Shown here: piece after piece, positions 30,753-42,607 of the stretch | Numbering within the stretch: the first letter of the stretch is position 1 | Layout of the letters: every line of letters starts with the position of its first letter | DNA from: an uncultured Planctomycetaceae bacterium | GTDB taxonomy: Bacteria; Planctomycetota; Planctomycetia; Planctomycetales; Planctomycetaceae | Direction: 5' to 3' | Length of the DNA: 64,000 nt | NCBI GenBank assembly: GCA_963815195.1 | Contig: CAWFGE010000022.1 | Coordinates: forward strand, 128,001-192,000 | Translations under genes and position numbers: made by a program | The notes under the pieces: generated by a model | The model's database searches: none | The model's input: the letters and a program-made list of their open reading frames with translations, nothing else | Told to the model about the DNA's origin: nothing

Positions 30753-33700
30753 TCAGCGGAGGGCCGGGTCCGAAGAGCCGGAAACGGCTTGGCTCGGCTT
30801 GCCGTCCCGATTGGTGTTTTGTGGCCTTTCCAATTCCGGCGCGCGGCCGGCGACCATCGGTCGAACAATTCTTGGAACAGGTCTCGTGTGCCTCGGTCCT
30901 CCTCCGGCCTGTTGCCCCGGGCGGGAGTAAAGACCGTGCGCGCGATGTGCCAACCCAAGGCGCGATAACTTTCGAACTGGGATTCGCTGAACCATTGGTT
31001 GGTTGTCGATTGGTGCGGGAAGAGCGGGTTCGCCGCCCGGTAGTTAAGAACGTCCTGCGGCTCGTCGCCGGTGAGGCTCGGTTTGATATAGATCAAGATC
31101 CCTTCATTGCATTCCGGCCGGAAACGCGACGGCTCGGATTCCGACTCGGCGGACGGCGGTTCTGGACGGCACGCGGCGGCACAATCGACCTCGCCGTAAC
31201 AGATTCGCCCAATCGCCACGTGGCAGGCGCAGGATCCGGAAGCGGCTTCCGGCGTGATTTTTTGCGTGTTGATTTCGATTTGGATTCCAAAATCCACCCG
31301 GACTTTGCGGATCACGCTCGCGAGGTCGGCGAACGTGAAATCGGGATCGGCGCCGGAATCGCAGGCCACGATATACCGGCAGCGGCGGCGGATCAATTCA
31401 TAGAGCCCCAGGTTGTCGAAGTGTCCGCCGTCCGACAGGTACACAAAGTTCTGATCGGCATTGGTGAGCCCCAGCAGCTCGTTTTTGAGGTATTTCAGCA
31501 GGTTCTGTGGTCCGACGTTTTTCCAAGCGCGAAATCTGGGGTTTCCCAGCCACGCCCCCAGCCGCAGGTTGAAGATCGTCAATAGCGCCGAGACGGGGCG
31601 GTAAGAATGATAGCCCATGTTGGGGCTGACCGCGGCACCGGAGATGGAGACGGCCTGCGCGACGGTAATCCCGCCGGCGTAGGCTTGCGTGGGCGCATAG
31701 CCCGTGGTAAGGCTGCCGCAATAAAAGGGAGTGAACGTGAACGACTCGGCCATGCGTTCCCGCCACGCCAGTTCGCCGCCTTCCACGAGATTCAAGGCCG
31801 TCGAAAGAACGGGGATGGGGCCGACGTAGTCGTTCTCATAGGGAATCGCTCCAAGCCGGTTCTGAAGGCATTTGAGCCGCCACCAATTCTGCAGACGGCA
31901 AAACCAGCGAGCATACCACGCGACGTTCCCCAAGCCATTTTGGCGGGATTTCACTTCCTCGATGACCTGCTTAAGCGTTTCGCGCCTTGCGTCCGCCCGT
32001 TGATGGCTGTCGAAGCGCAATTCGGACAAGGGGAAATCATCGCGGGGATCGAACCCCGTGATCGGGTTGGGCGACCGCGGGGTCGAGTGCACGGCATTGG
32101 TCGGGGCGCCGCGATTGAGTTGGCTTCCGTCCGACGCCCAGGCTTTGGGCGCGATGCCCCCAGATAACACCGCGCCAGCCGATTGCGGTAGAGCGCATTC
32201 AAGCTGAAGGTGTTGATGTTGATTCGCCGCGATGCGAAAACCGTCAACGCGCACAAGACGGCGATCGTCAGGCACATCGCCTCAAGCAACCGGAGCTTGG
32301 CGGCGACGGGATCCGCTTCTCGAACCGTCTGGCCGGTCGGCGATGTCGCCTGAAGCTGAACCTGTTCGACGGAAGCCAGATACTCTTCGGGCGTCTCGGA
32401 AAAGCCCCAAACCGGCACGAAATAATCCGTAATGAAGGAGGTGATAATGATCAGCCCGATCAGAAACACGATCGGCACGATGCGAACGGCGTATTTGCCG
32501 AACCGCCCCGTCTGGCCCTGTGAGACGTTTCGGCCCGCCATCATCCCGCTCGCGACGGCGGAGACCCAACCCGCTCCGAGCACGGCTCCGATTCCTGCGA
32601 GTTTCCGCTCCAAAGCCAGAATCAGCCACGGTCCCCAGATGGACAACCCGACGATCGCGAGCCACGCAAAAACATAAATCATGGCGGTGCCCGTCAGGCT
32701 CGCCCACCATTCGCGAATCGCCTCGCTCCAAAGCCTCGAAATAAGTCCGACTTGAATATAGGCGATCAAGATCAATGCCGACAGAAATAAAGGCGGACCG
32801 AGCGTGAGCGCGAGCACCGAACCGTCCCGGCCGACGACGCTGAGGGAATGCAGCAGCGTGAAAACTTGATAAAGCAGCATCCCGCCCACAAATCCCGTCA
32901 AGAGTCCCAAACCGACGCGGGCCAGTTGCAGCATCACGCTCTTGCTCAGATGCATGTCCTCCAAATGTTGAGGCTGATCCAGGCCCACCAGCAAATGAAA
33001 CGTTCCGACCAAGACCGCCATGGCCAAACCGGATAACAGCCTCGCAAACCAGATGGGGTCCAGCGGAATCCCACGTTCGACTTCCGGATAAATCACGCGG
33101 CCGATCAAATCGACCGGGCCCGTTTGCCCTTCGAAACGCGCATGGCACAACCACGCGACCAGCACGCCCAAAATGAGCAACGGAATCATGATGTGACGAT
33201 GAAGATACATCCGCTCGCGGCGAAAGCTCGCCGGCTGTTTCTTTTCCCGGTAACTGCCGCGGATCTGCTGCATCGACCGGTGGATCCAGCGAAAAACCAG
33301 CACCAGCATCACCACGACGAGCGTTTGACCGGCGACCCAAACCACGTTTTCCCAGTTTCCCGAATTTTGATTGTCGGAGGTCATATTGAAGACCATGATC
33401 AACAGCCGCTCCGACATAATCATCCCCAGCAGCAAGGGGATGAGCACCAGCAGGTTCAATAACAAATTGCGAAGATAAATCGAAAACAGCCCCCAAGTGT
33501 CCGCGGAAAAGAACCCGAGCCGCGGCGTGAGATAGTTGCTATACGCGCGAAGATGGTGGATCGGTTCGGGTTCCGCATCGAAGACTTCGCCGGCTTTTAG
33601 GCCGTCCCGCGTGGCGGCGGCTTGGTTGACTCGGCTGGATTGCAACTGCAATTCGACGTTTTCGGTGCTGCCTTCGCGTTTGATCCAGGCTGCAAGCCAA

Positions 33701-34032
33701 CTCCCCACAAATCCGCCGCCGGAAACCGTGGAGAGGTAATCGAAATACTTCAAGAGCCGGTGGTCCGCGAGGCCTTGCAGGATGCCGAGATTGAATGTCG
33801 CGCTGCGGATGCCGCCCCCGGAAAACGCCAAACCCACCACGTCCTCGTCGAGCGCTTCTTGGCGGATTTGTTCGAGGGCTTCGCGCAAGCCGGATTCCGC
33901 GGATTTCGCGGGCCGATTTTCTTCACGGGCTTCGTCCGCGCCGAGTTGATTCGCTCGCCGGCGCTCGCGGATGGCCGCCAGCTCCTCCGCGAGAACCGCC
34001 GAAAAGGGAATCGGGAATTGACCGTCGGCCAC
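30753..34032 (-). CDS. membrane-embedded patatin-like phospholipase (frameshifts ~32140 and ~30845)
   Basis: GLAFSGGGIRSA, YLSTVSGG, LSDGGHFDNLG, with TM helices between the catalytic halves; 3' end approximate. Confidence 0.85.
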
Positions 34033-34155
34033 CGGGCTTGTTCCTCAAGTTGAATCTTGCTGACGATCCTTGATTAAAGAGTCCTATCCTTTCCAACGTA
34101 CCGGCCAAAACGAGGCGCAAGCAACAAAATTCTCCCGCGAGTGGCCTGGGACGCT

Positions 34156-36138
34156 TCACTCCGCGCGGTGCTCTTTTTGTGGCGGCGGGGGATCCTGGTG
34201 GACTTTCAGGTATTCCACAAGGGCCCAGCGGTCCTCGTCGGCCCAATCCGCGCCGTATTCATGCCCGGCGTTCCTGTTGCCTTCGATGGACGTATCAAAT
34301 TCAAAGAGCTTCTTGCCGGTCGCGGCGCCGGCGGTGTCCGGCTTCCAGACAAATCCCACGGATTTGGGATCGAACTCTTGCGATCCGACCAGAAAAGTTT
34401 TCGGACGTTCGGAGGCAGGCAACAGCAAATGATAAAGCGTCGGCACCGATCCGTTGTGCAGATAAGGAGCCGTCGCCCAGACGCCCTCGAGCATGCGGCC
34501 GGGATAAACCGGGCCGCCGGTGACGGTCATCGTGTCGCGCCAGACGACGGGCAGCCGATCCGCTTCCAGGTGGTCCATCAATTCCTGCCGGTCGGCGGAC
34601 ATTTTGGACCTGGCTCGTTGTTGAAGGGCCTCGAGCATGGTGCTGATGGACTCGGCAAATCCGACGGTCGAGCCGTCCGCTTTATACACGGGCCGATCGA
34701 AGTTCGTCGCCACCACCGGATCGGTCTTGACCTCGTCGAGCGAGTAGAGGTTGACGACGATCAGCCCCTGTTTGTTGACGCCCTCGGGCGTATGACACTT
34801 GGCGCAATGCTCTTGATAGAGTGCCTTTCCTCGCTCGACCCGCTTCTCATCAGGAGCGCCAAACACATCGCCGGGCCACTTGGGGGGCGTGATCTTTTGG
34901 ATTTGTTGCTCCATCAGCATTTGATTGACGATGTTGACCGACGTGTCGAACGACTCGGAATCGAAGGTCGCTCCCACGCCGATCGCTTCGCCGATGCTTC
35001 GCTGGATCACCGAGTTGGTATTGGCGTTCCAGTGGAGCCATTCGTATTTGTGGATATTCCAAAGCGGCGGCACACTGACCGGGGCGTTGACCGGCAGCAT
35101 GTTTTTTTCGTTCCAACCGGCGAACAACTCGACGCGGGCGGTGCCGAAGTCGTCGGCCCGCCCGTAGCCCGCTTCCAGCCGATGTCCCGGCTGCGACAGC
35201 CAATTTCGCACTTTGAGAAACGCCAGCCGGTATTTGAGATCCCGCATGTTCCCGTCAAATTCGCCGAGCAGCCTCTCGATCACTTTCTTCCGCTCTTCAA
35301 CCGTTTCGGATTTCAACGGGCTGTTCGGTCCGAAGGACTTATCCGCCAGGTCGGCGGCAAGGGCTTTGACGTCGGCGAGCTTTGCATCCGTGGATTTTTC
35401 GATCCCCTCCGATCGGATGGCACCAATCTCGTGGCGCAACTGGCCGAGCCGGGCTTTGAGATGATCTGCGATTCTGCGTCCGACGTCGCCGTCTTTTTCC
35501 AGGTCTTTGAGCTTCGCAAATTTGCCGATCAACTCTCCGGCGATTTTGCTTTCCTTGGTCAGCCGCTTCAGGAACGCCCAGAACTCTTCCGGATCTTTGA
35601 GCGTCGCGTTGACCGATTCGCCGACCGCGTCGCCCAGCCGATCGACATAAAACAGCCCCGACCCGCCCTCGACGCGGACGACTTTTCCCTGGTAGTGCAA
35701 GTCCGAAGTATGGCATGCGGCACACGTAAAACCGAACATCTCGATTTCCCGGTCGCCGGACTTGATTGTGTTGGTCACGATGCCGACGGGAAACCCTTCG
35801 GGATTGCGGGGCGATTTCTTGCCGGGCACCAGGCCGAATCGCTCGAGGTTTTCGAGAAACGGCCGGCCCGTTTCGCTGTCATTGAGCGCCCGCACGACGG
35901 CCATGGGAAAAAAACCGCTGCCTTGCTCCGAGTAGTGCACGAGGTCCGCATCGTATCCCGCCTGCGTATTGATTCCCATCGGAACCGCCGCGACCGATGG
36001 ACCCCCAGGCGTCTCACCACCTGTTCCATTTGACGGGGAGTTCGATTTCTCGCCGGGCGGCGTCTTCTTTTCGCTCGTGCACCCAAGACACATTCCCACG
36101 CCTAAGACCACACACCACGCGACGCGAGGAAGGGACAT
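34156..36138 (-). CDS. di-heme c-type cytochrome lipoprotein, RoxA/MauG/peroxidase-like
   Basis: lipobox-like CLGC, CAACH and CAKCH heme motifs, GVWATAPYLHNGSVPTL, GNRNAGH. Confidence 0.85.
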   Translation of the reverse strand: MSLPRVAWCVVLGVGMCLGCTSEKKTPPGEKSNSPSNGTGGETPGGPSVAAVPMGINTQAGYDADLVHYSEQGSGFFPMAVVRALNDSETGRPFLENLERFGLVPGKKSPRNPEGFPVGIVTNTIKSGDREIEMFGFTCAACHTSDLHYQGKVVRVEGGSGLFYVDRLGDAVGESVNATLKDPEEFWAFLKRLTKESKIAGELIGKFAKLKDLEKDGDVGRRIADHLKARLGQLRHEIGAIRSEGIEKSTDAKLADVKALAADLADKSFGPNSPLKSETVEERKKVIERLLGEFDGNMRDLKYRLAFLKVRNWLSQPGHRLEAGYGRADDFGTARVELFAGWNEKNMLPVNAPVSVPPLWNIHKYEWLHWNANTNSVIQRSIGEAIGVGATFDSESFDTSVNIVNQMLMEQQIQKITPPKWPGDVFGAPDEKRVERGKALYQEHCAKCHTPEGVNKQGLIVVNLYSLDEVKTDPVVATNFDRPVYKADGSTVGFAESISTMLEALQQRARSKMSADRQELMDHLEADRLPVVWRDTMTVTGGPVYPGRMLEGVWATAPYLHNGSVPTLYHLLLPASERPKTFLVGSQEFDPKSVGFVWKPDTAGAATGKKLFEFDTSIEGNRNAGHEYGADWADEDRWALVEYLKVHQDPPPPQKEHRAE

Positions 36139-36354
36139 CGTTTTCTCCAGCTTGAGGGAAGGCCATTTGAATGGTTGGCACGAGACGGGCACAGGATTCT
36201 GCGAAGTGTTCACCATCCTAAGCGAGTGAACCGAAAAATCCCAGGCAGAATGTCATACTGTTCAAATGCGGGAAGAGCGTCTCTGTTCGTGGCCTGCCGT
36301 TTCGCCTATTCTCTAGACGGAAGCGAGTTGACCCGAACGCGACCTCGAGCCGAA

Positions 36355-37242
36355 ATGGTGGGCCAAATGCACGATGACTTCAAATCGGGCACATTGAAAG
36401 CGAATGGAATCGAGTTTGGTTTTCTGGAAGCCGGGGAAGGCCCGCTCGTCTTGCTGCTGCATGGGTTCCCCGATAATGCTTACACATTCCGTCATCAACT
36501 GCCTGTCCTGGCGGATGCGGGTTATCGGGCGGTCGCGCCGTTTCTGAGGGGCTATGCCCCCACGACGGTGGCGGCGGGTTCTTATCAAACCGCGGTGCTG
36601 TGCCGGGATGTCTTGGCGCTGATCGATGCGCTGGGCTACGACGAGGCCGCGGTGTTCGGCCACGACTGGGGGGCCGTGTTGGCGATGGGGGCCGCGGAAA
36701 TCGCGCCGGAAAAAATCCATCGGCTCGCCGCGGCGTCCGTCCCACACGTGGCACCGCTGTTTGCCTCGTTGGTGAACAACGCCGACCAGCAAAGGCGAAG
36801 CTGGTACATTTATTTCTTCCAACTTCCCATCGCGGAGACAGCGGTTTCCGCGGACGACTTTGCATTTCTCGATCGCCTCTGGCAGGACTGGTCGCCGGGT
36901 TGGAACTATCCCGCGGAGGTGATGGCGAACGTGAAAGACACGCTGGGAAATCCCGGCGTCTTAGGGGCCGCGCTGTCGTACTACCGTTGCCTGTTCGATT
37001 CTTCCGGCTTCGACCCGGCGGTTGAGGAGATTCAAGCGACGCTGTTCAGCACGCCGATTCAAGTTCCGACGCTCTACTTTCACGGCGAAAAGGACGGCTG
37101 CATCGGCGTGGAATTGGTGGAGGAAATGGATCCCTTCTTCGCTCACGGATTGGAGAAGGTCATCCTTCCCGCGGGGCATTTCGTCCAACAGGAGGCCCCC
37201 GACGAAGTGAACCGGCATTTGCTGGCGTTTCTGAAATCGTGA
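36355..37242 (+). CDS. alpha/beta-fold hydrolase with epoxide hydrolase signature
   Basis: HGFP, GHDWG (Asp nucleophile), SWYIYFFQ and LSYYR tyrosines, GHFVQQE. Confidence 0.82.
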   Translation: MVGQMHDDFKSGTLKANGIEFGFLEAGEGPLVLLLHGFPDNAYTFRHQLPVLADAGYRAVAPFLRGYAPTTVAAGSYQTAVLCRDVLALIDALGYDEAAVFGHDWGAVLAMGAAEIAPEKIHRLAAASVPHVAPLFASLVNNADQQRRSWYIYFFQLPIAETAVSADDFAFLDRLWQDWSPGWNYPAEVMANVKDTLGNPGVLGAALSYYRCLFDSSGFDPAVEEIQATLFSTPIQVPTLYFHGEKDGCIGVELVEEMDPFFAHGLEKVILPAGHFVQQEAPDEVNRHLLAFLKS

Positions 37243-37257
37243 CGCCATCCCGGAGGA

Positions 37258-40200
37258 TCAATCGGCTTCGTCGAGCAGACGCCTGGCATCGACAAGATCG
37301 GGCGTTGCAAAGCCTTCGCAAAACCAGCCGAAAACCTCCGCCAACAAAGCCTGGCCTTCCGCGGATCGGCCTTGCGTTTTCCGCAGCCTTGCCAGCGACA
37401 TGGCCGCGCGCAATTCCCACGACTTGGCCCGCTGCACCTGGCCGATTTCCAGCGACTTTTCCAAGCAGGCTTCCACAGCGGGCAGATCGGCGGATTGCTC
37501 CAGGAGCAGTTCGCCTTTCCGCCGGAAGAGTTCCGCTTCGTAGTAGCGATCCTGGTGGAGCGCGGCGATCTCCAGTGAATGGTCGAGCGTTCCGAGGGCT
37601 TCGTCCAACCGGCCGGTCCGCTGCTGGGCTTCGGCGAGAAAACTGTAATAGTAAGGCAGCGACAGCGCCGCTCCCGTGGCTTTGATCGTTTCAAGCCCTT
37701 CTTGCACCAGGTCCAGCACTTCGTCCACGCGGTCCAAAAGCAACAGCGCGGACGAGCGGTACAGCCGGCTCGTCGCCGACCAGAACGCGAAGCCGTGCTT
37801 GTCCGCGAGCCGTTGCTCGGCCTCGGCATATTCCAGCGTCTTTTCGCCCAGCCGGGCATATTGATGCACCCAGGCGCTAAAGTGCAGGGAATAGCATTGG
37901 CTGAAAGGGTGCTTCAAATGGTGGGCCAGGTCGATGGCGGATTCGATTCGCTCGAGCGCCTGGTCGGGATACCCCAGATGCCAATTCGCGAGAGCCCAAT
38001 AACTCTGGAGCGTCACGCCCGAGTTCTGGCCGCTGCGGTGACAGTGCATCCGGCAGCGGTCTTCGTCGTAGAGTGCGAAGCCGTCCTCGCAGTGCTTCCG
38101 AGCGGCCTCGAAGTCGCCAAGGTAATACAGAGAATTGGCCGGGACGTGATGGGCTTCCATCATCATGCCGGGATCGCCGAGCAGTTCGGCGAGCGACATG
38201 ATTTCCTCGGAGAGCTTGAGGCTGAGCACCAACTCGTCGCGGACGAGCCGCCACGCCCAAATCCCGAACAGCACCACGAACGAATTCCACTTGTCGCCCA
38301 CGCGTTCGCAAAGTTCGCGGGCCCGGTCGTAAACCGGCCCCACCTCCGGGGCGGCATACCCGCGGGTCGAGACGAGCGCGGCGCCCAAGGGAACTTTGAG
38401 AACCAATTCCAACTCATCGCGATGCGGCGATTCCTCCAATCGCTCCACAAGGGCCAGACCGCGATGGACGCAACTGATCGTCTCGGCGTGAGCCGACTTT
38501 TCCGCCGCCAACGTCGCGGCCTGACACCAATACTTGACACCTTGTTCCAACTCGCCGGCTTCCGCGAAATGCCAGGCCAAGAGCGCCGGATCGGTCCCGG
38601 GCATCTCCTCGAGCACCTTGGCGACGCGGAGGTGAAATTGCCGGCGTTTGTCCTTTAGCAGCGTTTGGTAAGCGGCATCCTGGATCAGCGCGTGCTTGAA
38701 GATGTAGACGCACCTGGGCGGCCGGCCTTTCTGATAGATCAATTCCGCGAGGATCAGTTTGTCGAGTTCGATCTGCAGGTCCGCCTCGTCGAGTTCGGTG
38801 ACCGCGCGAATCAGCTCATGGCCGAATTCCCTCCCCACCACGGACGCCAATTGGACGATGTCCATGTCGCTCGCCATGCGGTCCAACCGGGCCAACAGCA
38901 GGTCCTGCAGCGTCGCGGGAATTTCCTTGACGGGAAACGTCGCGGACATCTCCGTTTCGCCGTCGATTTCCCGGAGCGTGCCGGTCTGCATGACCATTGT
39001 GGTAAACTCTTCCACAAACAAAGGCACGCCGTCGGTGCGGTCGATCACCGATTGAACAATCTGGGCGGGAATCTGATTCAAGCCCGATTTGCGCTGCATC
39101 ATTTCCGCGATTTGGCGTTTCGTCAGCCGGTTGAGCGCGACCTGTGTCTGATGCGCGAGGCTGCTCCAGGGAGTTTGGAATTCCGGGCGAAACGTCAGAA
39201 TCGTGAGCACGCTGTCGTTGAGTCCCTCCGCGACATGGTACTCGAGAAACTCGAGCGTCGAGGGATCGACCCAGTGGAGATCCTCCACGATGAACAGAAC
39301 CGGCCGGTCCCGCGACATCTCGCGGAGCCAATCCTGCAAGACTTCGATGGTCCGCTGCCGCCTGCGATCCGGACTCATTTCCAAAGGCGGGCACCGGCCG
39401 TCGAGCGGCAACGACAACAGCGACGCCAAGAGCGCGAACTCCTCATCGCCGTGGAGCGCAATGTCTTCGAGGTGCCCAGCCAGACGGTCCAAGCGGTCGG
39501 CGGGGGCATCCTCGGGCTGGAAATTGAGCAACCGCTCGAAATACTCCCGCGCCGCAAACAGGCTGCTGTTCGCGTGCAAAGGCGAACAGAACCATTCGAC
39601 GATCTGTTGTGCCGGCTCTTCCGGCTCTTCCGGCTCTTGATCGGCGAGCACGTAGTCTTTGATCGTGTAAACCAGCCGCGATTTTCCCAGCCCGGCCTCC
39701 CCGATCAAAAGCACGATCTGGCCCATGCCTTCCACGGCCTGATCCCAGCGGTCCACGAGCAGGCCGACTTCGCGGTCGCGTCCCGTGAGCGGCGTCAACT
39801 CGCCCAGATTCGCCGCCCGGTCGATCCGGCTGAGAATCGGCCGCTCGCCGGTGACCTCGAAGAATTCCAGTTTTTGCGAGACGCCCTTGAAGCGAAACTG
39901 GCCGAGGCTTTCAAAGTCGAAATAACCCGCGGTCAGACGTTTTGTCGCTTCGCTGACGATGACCATTCCCGGTTCCGCGACCTGATCCAGCCGGGTGACG
40001 ATGCTCCGCGGTTCGCCGACGATCGAGAGCGAATCGTGACCGATGCTTCCGCGCCCGGCTTCTCCAATCACAACGTGCCCCGTATGCAGCCCGATCCAGG
40101 GCGCGAGGTCGAGCTTTTGTCTTTGGAGATCGGCATTCAGCATTTTGACGCGCTCTTGCAGCTTGAGCGCCGCCTGCACGCTCCGCCGGGTCGAATCCTC

Positions 40201-41588
40201 ATGCGCCAGCGGATACCCGAAGCAGACCAAAACGCCTTCATTGCCGGATTGAACCAGTGTGGCGTCGAACTCTTCGATGATTTCGTCGCAGAGCGACTGA
40301 TACTCCCGCAGGATGCGATGCTGGTCCTGGGGATCGACTTCCTCCAGAAATTCCGACGTCTCGAAAAGATCGCAGACGCAGAACATCATCGTGACCTGCC
40401 GGCGTTCGGCCTCCCGCGCCCGCCGAATCGAGGAGGCCGTTCGATCGCTTTTGGAGGATGACTCCTTCAAAAAGTCCTCGGAGGGCGGGGGCTCTCGCTC
40501 GAACGACGAAGATCGGTCGATTTGAGAGACCGTCGGATCCAGGAGGACGGAGGGTCCCGCCTGGTCGCCTGAATCAAAGGGCGGTTGCAAAATGACGGGA
40601 GACGTGTGTGCCTTGAGGACCCGGCGGAGATCATCGGCGAAGTCGCTCGCCGTCGTGTCGGCGCATTCAACGATTTCGACATGGCTTTGAGGCAGATCGC
40701 CTCGACCGCGGCCGGTACATGCGGGGCGATCTGGCGGGGCGGCTGCGGCTCGTCTTCGCAGACCTGCCGCAAGATCTCCGCCGCGGTCGATCCGTGGAAC
40801 GGGACCCGGCCGCAGAGCATGCGATAAAGCACGACCGCCAGCGAATAGATGTCCGTCCGGCCGTCGATACGGTGCCCTCGGCCCGCGGCTTGTTCCGGCG
40901 ACATATAGGTCACCGTGCCCGCGACCAGTCCGACTTCCGCGCCGGGATCGCCGGCGTCCGTATCGCTGACCGCCAATCCAAAATCCACAAGCACCGGCTT
41001 TTGATCGCTCGTCAACAGAATGTTTCCCGGTTTGAGATCCCGGTGCACAATCCGGCGAGCATGCGCGTGGGCGAGCGCATCGGCGACTTCGGCGACAATC
41101 GCGACGGCCTCTTGCCAGGTCGGCCGGTATTGCTTGAGCCATCGTTCCAGATCCGTGCCGGCGATGTAATCGGAGACGATGTAGCATTGCCCGTCGTCCA
41201 CGCCCAAATCGAACACGGTCACAATGGCCGGATGCCTCAACTGCGCCAGATCGCGCGCCTCTTTCAGGAACCGGTCCACTTCCTCGGGGGAGTGGAGCAC
41301 GTGACGATGCGGGGCCTTGATCGCCACATCACGATTGAGCTGCCTGTCGTACGCGCGGTAAACCGTGCCGAACCCTCCCCGGCCGAGCACGTCTTGAATC
41401 TCGAAGCGGCCGATCGTTTTCGGCATGGCCGCGGCGGTCTCCCGATCCGCCGGGACAACCGGTTTGATCGTGTCCGCAAACGCGTCCGATCGATGCGAGT
41501 TTGTATCGGGATGCGAACCGTCAGGCTTCGCCGGGTTGGGGGCGGCATTGTCCGGCGTGCCGACCGGTTCTTTGTCTTGAGAACTCAT
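37258..41588 (-). CDS. Ser/Thr kinase - cyclase-like - P-loop ATPase - TPR fusion (frameshift ~40670)
   Basis: GRGGFG, HRDLKPGN, DFG, YMSPE; ERRQVT...FGYP; GEAGLGKS, EDLHW; C-terminal WELRAA. Confidence 0.88.
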
Positions 41589-41728
41589 CAAACTCGTTGC
41601 TCGCGGTTCTGAACCTCTCCTGAAAAACGCCCCGTCATCATACCGCGAAGCAAACGCTTCCCACAACATGAGAAACGGCCTGGGCGACGCCGTTGACGGG
41701 AAGATAGATCCGTTAGGACTTTGCGGGG

Positions 41729-42409
41729 TTAGCGTCCTGGGCGGATTTGGGGATGCAGCGCCCCGCCCTCCACAACGTGTTCGATGCCGAGTGCCGCGAG
41801 CATCGCGAGACCGCCGACCCACGCGAGCGTTGTTTCGCCGCTCATTCCGAGAAACGAGCCGCCGGCTTTGCCCAACCGGTTGAAATACAGCCAGCAAAAG
41901 CCGCCGAGCGTTTCATAAAACGTGATCAGCCCCGTCTTCGCCTGCCAGAAGTAAAACCCCCAAGGCTTTTGCTGCATGATGTGCAGCTCGTAGCTGTGCT
42001 GAAGTTGCTCGCCGACGAACAGAATCGCCACCGCGGCGAGGATCCCCGCGATCTGGAATTGGAGGGTCCCGTCGCCCGGCTTGGTGCCAAAACGGTCGAA
42101 GATCCACACGAACAGCATCCACACGATAATTTCACTGAGCGTGATCAGCAGCAGATTCGCAAACCGCTTCCAGGCCGGAATCTGGGCGGCCGTTACGCCG
42201 ATGCCTGAGCCGAAATTTGTTTTGGCCCACCAGACGACGGTCAGGCGTTCGATCATAAAACCGGTCCACAAAGCGATTGTGGAGAACACGTATTTGTTGA
42301 GGAAGTCCGTCTGGTCGAAAAAGTACAGCCAGCCCATCAAGGCGAACCATTCGCCGAAGGTCGCGATAAAGAAGGGGAGTTTCTTCTTTCGAAAATCGTC
42401 GAACGTCAT
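41729..42409 (-). CDS. 6-TM hypothetical membrane protein
   Basis: six hydrophobic segments in three similar pairs; divergent from the monooxygenase genes. Confidence 0.7.
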   Translation of the reverse strand: MTFDDFRKKKLPFFIATFGEWFALMGWLYFFDQTDFLNKYVFSTIALWTGFMIERLTVVWWAKTNFGSGIGVTAAQIPAWKRFANLLLITLSEIIVWMLFVWIFDRFGTKPGDGTLQFQIAGILAAVAILFVGEQLQHSYELHIMQQKPWGFYFWQAKTGLITFYETLGGFCWLYFNRLGKAGGSFLGMSGETTLAWVGGLAMLAALGIEHVVEGGALHPQIRPGR

Positions 42410-42504
42410 ATGGTTCGCTTTCCAAGGTGGAATGTCGGCGGATGAGCCTCTTGAAAGGTTCGTCCCCATCGAGTGGTGGATGCGTCACTCTACCCATGAA
42501 CACA

Positions 42505-42534
42505 TCGACAAGTCAACGAGATAGCCCGTATAAT
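42505..42534 (+). promoter_or_regulatory. putative sigma70 promoter of the monooxygenase operon
   Basis: TCGACA-18 nt-TATAAT. Confidence 0.5.
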
Positions 42535-42607
42535 CCTCACCAGCCCGGGAGACCCATTTCGGGGTTGAAGGAACGCACACGATCAGAACCCGATGATTGG
42601 AATTCCC

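Noticed and set aside
36176..36192. sigma54 promoter for the epoxide hydrolase
   Set aside because: TGGCACG is present with GG-N10-GC spacing, but the -12 element is GGGC rather than TTGC; too weak to call.
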